Of a stretch of 64,000 nucleotides of DNA, positions 34,595 to 42,288 are shown piece after piece. Under the pieces are notes generated by a model, which did not search any database, was not told the DNA's origin, and saw nothing but the letters and a program-made list of their open reading frames with translations. The translations under genes were made by a program, and so were the position numbers. The stretch is from Planctomycetota bacterium. GTDB taxonomy: Bacteria; Planctomycetota; UBA1135; UBA2386. The stretch covers positions 2,080,001-2,144,000 of the forward strand of contig JBKAGP010000001.1 in NCBI GenBank assembly GCA_046290465.1, written 5' to 3'. The first letter of the stretch is position 1. Every line of letters begins with the position of its first letter.

Positions 34595-34687
34595 GATCGC
34601 GCCGAGCTTCCTCACCCCCACACCAAGACCGAGTCCGTTCCCCAACCAGTGGCGGCCGACGCCGCCTGAGCCCAGGAGAGATCAGTT

Positions 34688-35170
34688 ATGGCAAGTATGA
34701 AGGTATTCATGAAGGTCGAAGGCATCGCCGGCTCCTCGATGGAGAAGGGCCGCGCCGACTGGAGCGACGTGCGTGGCTTCGACCACCTGCTGCAGTACCC
34801 GTTCGACATGCGCGACAACCGCGGCCGCGGCGAGCCCGAGCACGGTGCCTGCACGGTGACCAAGGAGATCGACAAGGCCTCGCCGAAGTTCTACGAGGCG
34901 CTGGCGAAGAAGAAGAAGATCGACTCGATCCTGCTCGAGTTCGAACGCGACAAGCCGGGCGAAGGCTCGACCGAGGCCTACTTCCGCATCGAGCTCGAGG
35001 ACTGCCGCGTGATCACGGCGCGCCCGCACGTCCCGAGCCCGACCGGCGGCGGCGAGAACGCTCCCCCGCACGTCGAAGAGATCGGCTTCGCCTACCGCAA
35101 GATCACGTGGACCTGGGATTCGGGCGGCGCGATCGAGACGACCTTCGACTTCAGCGACCCGCAGGCCTGA
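34688..35170 (+). CDS. hcp: T6SS tube protein Hcp (TssD)
   Basis: FMKVEGIAGSS, TVTKEIDKASP, YFRIELED, EEIGFAYRKITW; AGGAG RBS upstream. Confidence 0.93.
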   Translation: MASMKVFMKVEGIAGSSMEKGRADWSDVRGFDHLLQYPFDMRDNRGRGEPEHGACTVTKEIDKASPKFYEALAKKKKIDSILLEFERDKPGEGSTEAYFRIELEDCRVITARPHVPSPTGGGENAPPHVEEIGFAYRKITWTWDSGGAIETTFDFSDPQA

Positions 35171-35200
35171 GCTGCCTGCACCTGACGCAGCCGCAAGACC

Positions 35201-35617
35201 ATGCCTCTCTCCGATTCGACGCTGTTCGAACGGCTGCGTGATGACCGCGCGGCCAGGGAACCTTCGATGTCCCTGGACCGCGCCCGCCTGCGACAGTCGA
35301 TCGCCGCCAACCTGGAGCGCATCTTCGGATCGCGCGAGATGCACGCCCCCGCCCAACTCGAGTACGGCATGCCCGACCCGAACACGATCCTCCACGCGCA
35401 GGACGGCGGCGCCGAGCTGCTCCGCAAGCGCCTGAAGGAATGCGTCGAGCGCTACGAACCGCGGCTCCAGAAGGTGCGCGTGCTGCACATCGAATCGGCC
35501 GAGCTCGGCCACCAGATCCAGTTCTCCCTGCACGCGACGCTGCAGAGCAACCCACCCGAGCCGATCACCCTCGACGCGACGATCGCGGCCAACGGCCGCA
35601 TCGCCGTGACCGTCTGA
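35201..35617 (+). CDS. tssE: T6SS baseplate subunit TssE (gp25-like)
   Basis: LFERL, SIAANLERIF, YGMPD, YEPRL. Confidence 0.9.
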   Translation: MPLSDSTLFERLRDDRAAREPSMSLDRARLRQSIAANLERIFGSREMHAPAQLEYGMPDPNTILHAQDGGAELLRKRLKECVERYEPRLQKVRVLHIESAELGHQIQFSLHATLQSNPPEPITLDATIAANGRIAVTV

Positions 35618-35627
35618 CCTCCTCCCC

Positions 35628-37322
35628 ATGTTCGCGAAGTACTACCAGGACGAGCTCGCGTGGCTGCGCGAGATGGGCGCCGAACTCGCCAACGCGCGCC
35701 CGGAGATGGCCCGCTACCTCGGCGAGCCGGGCGCCGACCCGGACGTCGAGCGCCTGCTCGAGGGCTTCGCGTTCCTGACCGGCCGGATCCGCGAGAAGCT
35801 CGACGACGAGTTCCCCGAGCTGACCCACGGCTTCATGGACATGTTCTGCCCGCACTACCTGCGGCCGATCCCGTCCATGACGATCCTGCAGGTCACGCCG
35901 AAGCCGAACCAGAACGTCGCCGGCGTCACCGTGCCACGCGGCACCCCGATCGACTCGGTGCCGATCGACGGCACCCGCTGCCGCTTCCGGACCACCGCCG
36001 ACTTCCGTCCGGCGCCGTTCGAGCTGCTCGCCCTGACGTTCACGATCGGCCATCCGTCCCGGCTCAACCTGCAGCTGCGTGCGCGCGGCGGCAGCGGCCC
36101 GATTCGCCTGCACCTGACCGGCGACAGCCAGGTCTCTCGAGCGCTCTACGTCGCGCTCTGCCACGGCGTCGCACGGATCCGCGTCAAGGCCGACGGTGCG
36201 ACCACCGAGCGCGCCGACATCCGCATCCGACCTGCCGGCCTCGCCGACGACGAGGCCGCGCTGCCGCTGCCACCGGGCGCGTTCCGCGGCTTCCGGCTGC
36301 TGCAGGAGTACTTCGCGTTCCCGGACCGCTTCCTGTTCGTCGACGTCGACGGCCTCGACAGCATCCGCGGCGACTGCGAACTCGAGTTCGAGTTCGGCGA
36401 ACTGCCGGAGAACATGCCGCCGGTCGCGCTCGCCAACGTCGTGCTCGACTGTGTGCCGGCGATCAACCTGTTCCCGCACGACGCCGACCCGGTGCGCGCG
36501 GAGGCCGGCCGCACCGAGTACCGGATCCGCCCGTCCGGCAAGGACTGGCAGCACTTCGAAGTGCACACCGTGCAGAAGGTGTCCGGCCGGGTTCGCGGCG
36601 GCACCAGGCAGGAGAGCTACGAGCCGTTCTTCTCGTTCCACGGCCGGGACCGCAGCGCGGCGCGCTACTACCAGCTGCGCCGCAACGAGTCGGTGTCGAC
36701 CGAGGGTTCGGACACCTACCTGCGGCTCGGCGCGACCGACCCCGACGCGTGGTCGGAGCTGGACACGATCAGCATCGAGACCACCTGCACCAACCGCAAC
36801 CTGCCGACCCGACTGGGCCCCGGCGACATCGCGACGCCGACCACCGAGACGCCGGGCGCGTTCCAGTTCCGCAACCTCGGATCGCCCTCGGCGCCGATCC
36901 AGCCGCCGCTCGGCGACGAGGTGCACTGGCGGCTGCTGTCGCACATGACCCTCGACCTGCGCCGCCTGGCGGATCGCGACTCGCTGTGCACGGCGCTGGC
37001 CCTCTACGACTTCCGCGCTCGCACCGACCGCCAGGCGCGCCGCCGCCTCGACAACCTGCTCGGCGCGATCGCCGACGTCGGCTCCTGCCGCGGCACCGAG
37101 CTGCTCGACGGCGTGCCGGTGCACGGCACCGAGATGCAGGTCCGGATCGACGAGGAGAAGGCCGGCGGCGAAGGCGAGGTCTACCTGTTCGGCACGGTGC
37201 TCGACGAACTGCTCGCGCAGTACGTGTCCCTCAATTCATTCTCCCGCCTGCGCATCCACTGCACCGGCAACAACGAGGTCTTCCGATGGAACGCGCGGAT
37301 CGGACGCCGGATCACCCTCTGA
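35628..37322 (+). CDS. tssF: T6SS baseplate subunit TssF
   Basis: YYQDELAWLRE, DPDVERLLEGFAFL, PHYLRPIPS, LLQEYFAFP, CVPAINLF, CTNRNLP, SLNSF. Confidence 0.96.
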   Translation: MFAKYYQDELAWLREMGAELANARPEMARYLGEPGADPDVERLLEGFAFLTGRIREKLDDEFPELTHGFMDMFCPHYLRPIPSMTILQVTPKPNQNVAGVTVPRGTPIDSVPIDGTRCRFRTTADFRPAPFELLALTFTIGHPSRLNLQLRARGGSGPIRLHLTGDSQVSRALYVALCHGVARIRVKADGATTERADIRIRPAGLADDEAALPLPPGAFRGFRLLQEYFAFPDRFLFVDVDGLDSIRGDCELEFEFGELPENMPPVALANVVLDCVPAINLFPHDADPVRAEAGRTEYRIRPSGKDWQHFEVHTVQKVSGRVRGGTRQESYEPFFSFHGRDRSAARYYQLRRNESVSTEGSDTYLRLGATDPDAWSELDTISIETTCTNRNLPTRLGPGDIATPTTETPGAFQFRNLGSPSAPIQPPLGDEVHWRLLSHMTLDLRRLADRDSLCTALALYDFRARTDRQARRRLDNLLGAIADVGSCRGTELLDGVPVHGTEMQVRIDEEKAGGEGEVYLFGTVLDELLAQYVSLNSFSRLRIHCTGNNEVFRWNARIGRRITL

Positions 37323-38305
37323 TCGCGGCGCTGCGGCGGCGCAGCAGCGAGAGCGCGTTCCACGAGCTGGTGCGCGTGATCGAGTCGTTGCCCCGGCGAA
37401 ACGACCAGGTCGCGGTCGGCCACCAGGGGCCGCCGTCGCGCGAGGGCGTGCGATTCGAACCGGCGCTCGACTTCTCGTTCGGACCGAGCGAGGTCGACGC
37501 GCTCGACTACGACGAGCAGCACGACCGCTACCGGCTGGTCAGCCGCTTCTTCGGCCTCTACGGCACGCACTCGCCGCTGCCGGCCCACTACACCGAACAG
37601 CTGCTCTACGAGGATCCCGACGGCCGCCTGCGCGCGTTCCTCGACATCTTCAACCACCGGCTGCTGTCGCTGCGCTACCGCGCCTGGAAGAAGTACCGCC
37701 ACAATGCCCAGTTCGACGGGCGCGGCGCCGATGCGACGTCGATGCGGATGCGGATCCTGGCGCATCTCGAGCGCCTGGGCGAACCGATCGCGATGCTCGG
37801 GTTCGCCGGCCTGCTGCACCAACAGCCCCTGTCCGAGGCCACGCTCGAGCAGATCCTGCAGCACAGCCTCGAGGTCCCGGTCGAGGTGCATTCGTGCCAT
37901 GTGCGATGGGTCGCGGTGCCGCCCCACCAGCGCAACGCGCTCGGCCGCGACAACTGCACGCTCGGCGGCCTCTGCGCCCTCGGCGGCGAGGTGCGCTCGG
38001 CGACCACCGCGTTCCGCGTCGTAGTCGGCCCGCTCGACTACAAGCGCTTCAAGACGTTCCTCCCGGGCGGCCGCCGGCGCGAGGCGCTGGTCGCCCTGAT
38101 CGACCGCCTCAACGGCGACCAGCTCGACTGCGAGATCGCCGTCGAGATCGCCGCGGACGCGATCGAACCGACCTGGCTCGGCGAGAAGCGTCAGGGCCTC
38201 GGATGGAACACCTGGCTCGGCGAGGACGCGTCGGAGCTGGCCCCCACTCTGGGCGACACCGTGTCGCGCACCCTCCACTCTCCCAGCAATCCTCAGCTCG
38301 CCTGA
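37286..38305 (+). CDS. tssG: T6SS baseplate subunit TssG
   Basis: C-terminal part of ORF 35660..38305. FFGLYGTHSPLP...Y, FLDIFNHRL...YRAWKKY, GPL...FLPGG, LGWNTWLG. Confidence 0.92.
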   Translation: MERADRTPDHPLIAALRRRSSESAFHELVRVIESLPRRNDQVAVGHQGPPSREGVRFEPALDFSFGPSEVDALDYDEQHDRYRLVSRFFGLYGTHSPLPAHYTEQLLYEDPDGRLRAFLDIFNHRLLSLRYRAWKKYRHNAQFDGRGADATSMRMRILAHLERLGEPIAMLGFAGLLHQQPLSEATLEQILQHSLEVPVEVHSCHVRWVAVPPHQRNALGRDNCTLGGLCALGGEVRSATTAFRVVVGPLDYKRFKTFLPGGRRREALVALIDRLNGDQLDCEIAVEIAADAIEPTWLGEKRQGLGWNTWLGEDASELAPTLGDTVSRTLHSPSNPQLA

Positions 38306-40944
38306 TGGTCGACGTCGACATCAAAGCAATCGTCTCCCGGCTCAACCCTTCGTGCACGCGCGCGCTCGAGCGCGCCGCCGGCATGAGCGTCTCGCGGCAG
38401 CACCACGAGATCACCGTCGAGCACATGCTGGCATCGCTGCTGGAGGATCCCTACACCGACGTGCAGAGCATCCTCAAGCACTTCGGCATCGATGTGGGCC
38501 GCCTGCAGAAGGCGCTCAACGGCACGCTCGACCAGCTGCGCACCGGCAACACCGGGCGACCGGTGTTCTCGCCGACGCTCGTCAGCTGGCTCAAGGACTC
38601 GTGGGTCCTCGGCTCGCTCACCCACCGCGACTCGAAGGTGCGCTCGGGCCACCTGGTGCACGCGATGCTCGACGGCGGCATGCGCATCTGCGGCGGCGAC
38701 TACGCGACGCTGCTGGAGCAGATCAAGAAGAGCGAGCTGTCCGAGAAGCTGGACGAGATCACCTCGGACTCGTCCGAGCAGGGCGAGATGCAGGAGGCGA
38801 ACGCGGCTGCCGGCGGCGGCTCACCGGCAGGTGCCGCGCCGACCGGCGACAGCGCGCTCGAGAAGTTCTGCACCAACCTGACGCAGCGCGCCCGCGACGG
38901 CCACATCGACCCGATCTTCGGCCGCGATCGCGAGATCCGGCAGATGGTCGACATCCTGGCGCGACGCCGGAAGAACAACCCGATCATCGTCGGCGAGGCC
39001 GGCGTCGGAAAGACCGCTCTGGTCGAAGGCCTGGCGATCAAGATCGTCGCCGGCGAGGTCTCGGAGCAGCTCAAGGACGTCGACCTGTTGACGCTCGATC
39101 TCGGTCTGCTGCAGGCCGGCGCCAGCGTGAAGGGCGAGTTCGAGAACCGACTCAAGAACGTCATCGACGAGGTCAAGGCCTCGGAGAAGCCGATCATCCT
39201 GTTCATCGACGAGGCCCACACGCTGATCGGCGCCGGCGGCGCCGCGGGCTCCGGCGACGCCGCCAACCTGCTCAAGCCGGCGCTGGCGCGCGGCGAGCTG
39301 CGCACGGTCGCCGCGACCACCTGGTCCGAGTACAAGAAATACTTCGAGAAGGACCCCGCGCTGGCGCGCCGCTTCCAGCCCGTCAAGGTCGACGAGCCCG
39401 ACACCGACACCGCGATCGGCATGCTGCGCGGCCTGCGCGGTCGCTACGAGGACGCCCACGGCGTGGTCATGCAGGACGACGCGGTCGTCGCCGCCGCCGA
39501 GATGGCCAGTCGCTACATCGCCGGCCGCCAGCATCCCGACAAGGGCGTCGACCTGATGGACACGGCGTCGGCACGCGTGCGGATCTCGATGGCGGCCAAG
39601 CCCGGCGTCATCGAGGACCTCGAGGCCCGCATCCAGACCGCCGAACGTGAGAAGGACGCGCGCGAACGCGACCGACAGAACGGCGCCCCCGATCTCGACG
39701 CACGCATCGAAGAGCTCGGGCACGAACTGACCGGGCTCGCCAGCCAGCGCGACGAGCTGACGAGCCAGTGGCAGACCGAGAAGGAGCTCGCGACCAAGGT
39801 GCTGGACCTGCGCGACCAGGTCGTCGAGGCGCGCGCGAGAGACGACGAGGCCAAGGCCACGGATCTGCAGGCGCAGGCCAAGGCGGCGCTCGACGAACTG
39901 CGCAGCAAGCAGGGCAAAGAGGCGCTCGTGCACGTCGAGGTCACGCCCGAGGTCGTCGGCCAGGTGATCGCCGATTGGACCGGCATCCCGGTCGGCAACA
40001 TGATCCGCGACGAGGCCAAGCTGCTGCTCGAACTCGAGCACGAGCTGGTCCAGCGCGTGAAGGGCCAGGATCACGTCATGGGAACGATCGCCGAGGGCAT
40101 CCGCGCCGCCAAGGCCGGACTCAAGGCGCCGGAGGTGCCGATGGGCATCTTCCTGTTCGTCGGTCCGAGCGGCGTCGGCAAGACCGAGACCGCCCTGGCG
40201 GTCGCCGACCTGCTGTTCGGCGGCGAGCGCTTCATGACGACGATCAACATGTCGGAGTTCAAGGAGAAGCACAACATCTCCAAGCTGATCGGCTCACCGC
40301 CGGGCTACGTCGGCTACGGCGAAGGCGGCCAGCTGACCGAAGCGGTGCGGCAACGTCCCTACTCCGTGGTGCTGCTCGACGAGTGCGAGAAGGCCGACGT
40401 CGAGGTCATGGAGGTGTTCTACCAGGTCTTCGACAAGGGCGTGCTCTCGGACGGCGAAGGGCGCGACGTCGACTTCAAGGACACCGTCATCTTCCTGACG
40501 AGCAACCTCGCGACCGACATCCTGACCGAAGCGGGGATGAGCGAGAACCCGCCGGATCCCGAGACGCTCGCGTCGATGATCCGTCCGGCGCTGTCGGCGC
40601 ACTTCAAGCCGGCGCTGCTGGCGCGCATGACGATCGTGCCGTTCTATCCGCTGAAGCCGGAGGTGCTGCAGATGATCACGCGCCTGAAGCTGGGCAAGAT
40701 CGTGAAGCGCCTGAAGGAGACGCACGACATCGACGCGACGTTCTCCGACGCGGTCGTCGACGCAATTGCCGCGCGCTGCACCGAGGTCGAGACCGGCGCC
40801 CGCAACGTCGACCACATCATCCGCGGCAACCTGCTGCCGCGCATGTCGCGGCAGCTGCTCGAGCAGATGAGCGGCGACGAGATGCCGTCGAAGCTCGAGG
40901 TCGTCGTCGACGAGCACGGCCAGTTCGACATGGAGTTCCGCTAG
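38305..40944 (+). CDS. clpV: T6SS ATPase ClpV (TssH)
   Basis: Two AAA+ modules (GEAGVGKT and GPSGVGKTET), DAANLLKPALARGELRT, ClpV-type N-terminus; ATG at 38305. Confidence 0.95.
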   Translation: MVDVDIKAIVSRLNPSCTRALERAAGMSVSRQHHEITVEHMLASLLEDPYTDVQSILKHFGIDVGRLQKALNGTLDQLRTGNTGRPVFSPTLVSWLKDSWVLGSLTHRDSKVRSGHLVHAMLDGGMRICGGDYATLLEQIKKSELSEKLDEITSDSSEQGEMQEANAAAGGGSPAGAAPTGDSALEKFCTNLTQRARDGHIDPIFGRDREIRQMVDILARRRKNNPIIVGEAGVGKTALVEGLAIKIVAGEVSEQLKDVDLLTLDLGLLQAGASVKGEFENRLKNVIDEVKASEKPIILFIDEAHTLIGAGGAAGSGDAANLLKPALARGELRTVAATTWSEYKKYFEKDPALARRFQPVKVDEPDTDTAIGMLRGLRGRYEDAHGVVMQDDAVVAAAEMASRYIAGRQHPDKGVDLMDTASARVRISMAAKPGVIEDLEARIQTAEREKDARERDRQNGAPDLDARIEELGHELTGLASQRDELTSQWQTEKELATKVLDLRDQVVEARARDDEAKATDLQAQAKAALDELRSKQGKEALVHVEVTPEVVGQVIADWTGIPVGNMIRDEAKLLLELEHELVQRVKGQDHVMGTIAEGIRAAKAGLKAPEVPMGIFLFVGPSGVGKTETALAVADLLFGGERFMTTINMSEFKEKHNISKLIGSPPGYVGYGEGGQLTEAVRQRPYSVVLLDECEKADVEVMEVFYQVFDKGVLSDGEGRDVDFKDTVIFLTSNLATDILTEAGMSENPPDPETLASMIRPALSAHFKPALLARMTIVPFYPLKPEVLQMITRLKLGKIVKRLKETHDIDATFSDAVVDAIAARCTEVETGARNVDHIIRGNLLPRMSRQLLEQMSGDEMPSKLEVVVDEHGQFDMEFR

Positions 40945-40949
40945 CCCCG

Positions 40950-41618
40950 ATGCCCGTAGCGATCCACGATCAGGCGCTGCCGCGACCGCTGCCGGTCCCG
41001 GACCATGCCCGGCACCGCGGCTACCACCGCCGCTACGAGGTGCACGCGCGTGGCGGACGGTGCCAGCTCCAGCAGGTCCGCGTGCACATCCGCTACCTGT
41101 ACGGCGGCGAGCGCGTCGCCGACTACCGCCAGACCTACAGCGAGTTCTTCCGGTTCGAGCGCGACGACGCGAGCCTGGTCGACACCCACGACTTCGACCT
41201 GGCCCGCGACGGCTGGCGCCAGTCGGTCATCGTCGGCCTGGTTCGGCGCCACCGCGCCGAGGGCACGGCGCTGCCGACCGGCGAGGCCGAGCTCGACGTG
41301 CGCAAGCAGTTCTCGATCGCGCCCGGCGACGTGCGCGGGAACGCCGGCGCCGAGCTGCGACCGGGCGCGACGTTCGGCCTGTTGCGCGATGGCCCCGGGG
41401 GCCCGTCGCGGACCCGCCTGACGATCGCCCGAGGCGACGGCCTCCCCGTCGTGATCGACGACCTGCCCAGCTGCCCGCCCGGGTAGCCGGTCCAGGGGAC
41501 CGGTTCGTTCGCCACATCGCGTGGCGGCCGCGCGTTCGAGCACTACCGCTTCCGCTTCGCCAACCTGACCGGGCGGTTCGCCGACCGCGGCGGCTACCAC
41601 CCCATTCGCATCGCCTGA
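40950..41618 (+). pseudogene. hypothetical T6SS-cluster protein interrupted by in-frame TAG at 41484-41486
   Basis: The ORF from ATG 40950 stops at TAG 41486, but the same frame continues with host-like codons for 43 more residues to TGA 41618, 1 nt before the next ATG (41620). Confidence 0.55.
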
Positions 41619-41619
41619 C

Positions 41620-42195
41620 ATGAACCAGCCGACCCGACCCGTGGCGCAGCCAGCCCGTCCGTCGTTCCCGACCGGCGAACCGACCACCTACCTCGGCCCC
41701 GCCCGCGTCCTCGCCAGCGCAGGCGGACCACTGCGCGCCGTTCTCGAGGACGACGCAGCCACCGAGGTCGTGGTGCAGCCGGCGTTGACGTTCCCGTACG
41801 AACCGCACGAAGGCGACGTCCTGCTGGTGCTCGGCCAACCGTCGCAGCACTTCGCCGTCGGGGTGATCGCCGCCAGCAAGCCGCAGGGCCTGACGTTCCC
41901 CGGCGAGACCCGGGTGCACGCCAGCCAGGGCCGCCTGGTGCTGAGCAGCGACCAGGCCGTCGAGCTGCGCGCCCCGCGGGTCTCGGTGCGCACAGGACTG
42001 TTGCGCACGATCGCGACGCGTGTCGTCGAGAAGGCCGGCAGCATGCGCCGCTGGGTGCGCGGCGTGTTCGCCCTGCGCGCCGGCGAGTCCCGTCGGCTCG
42101 TCGACGGCCTCGACAGCACCCGCTGCGAGAACTCCACCACCCTCGCCAAGGACACCGTCAAGATCGACGGCGACCAGCTCCACCTCGGGCACTGA
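41620..42195 (+). CDS. DUF3540 family protein (TagC-like), copy 1
   Basis: Y-x-P-x-x-GDVLLV, 7-8-residue periodic C-terminus ending VKIDGDQLHLG; adjacent to vgrG. Confidence 0.8.
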   Translation: MNQPTRPVAQPARPSFPTGEPTTYLGPARVLASAGGPLRAVLEDDAATEVVVQPALTFPYEPHEGDVLLVLGQPSQHFAVGVIAASKPQGLTFPGETRVHASQGRLVLSSDQAVELRAPRVSVRTGLLRTIATRVVEKAGSMRRWVRGVFALRAGESRRLVDGLDSTRCENSTTLAKDTVKIDGDQLHLGH

Positions 42196-42278
42196 GCCAA
42201 CCAGCGGCACTGAGCCAACCAACGGCACTGGGCCAACCAACGGCACTGGGCCAATCGACGGGCACTGCGCCAACCAAG
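42188..42278 (+). repeat. five tandem ~18-bp repeats (GGCACTGRGCCAACCAAC) upstream of vgrG
   Basis: Units start at 42188, 42206, 42224, 42242 and 42261. Confidence 0.9.
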
Positions 42279-42288
42279 CCGAACCACC

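Noticed and set aside
41484..41486. Pyrrolysine or genome-wide TAG recoding
   Set aside because: TAG is the normal stop of many genes here (tssJ, tssK, tssM, clpV, tsaB), and no pyl genes are in the window.
42188..42278. Possible CRISPR array
   Set aside because: Repeats are contiguous 18-mers without unique spacers, and no cas genes are present.
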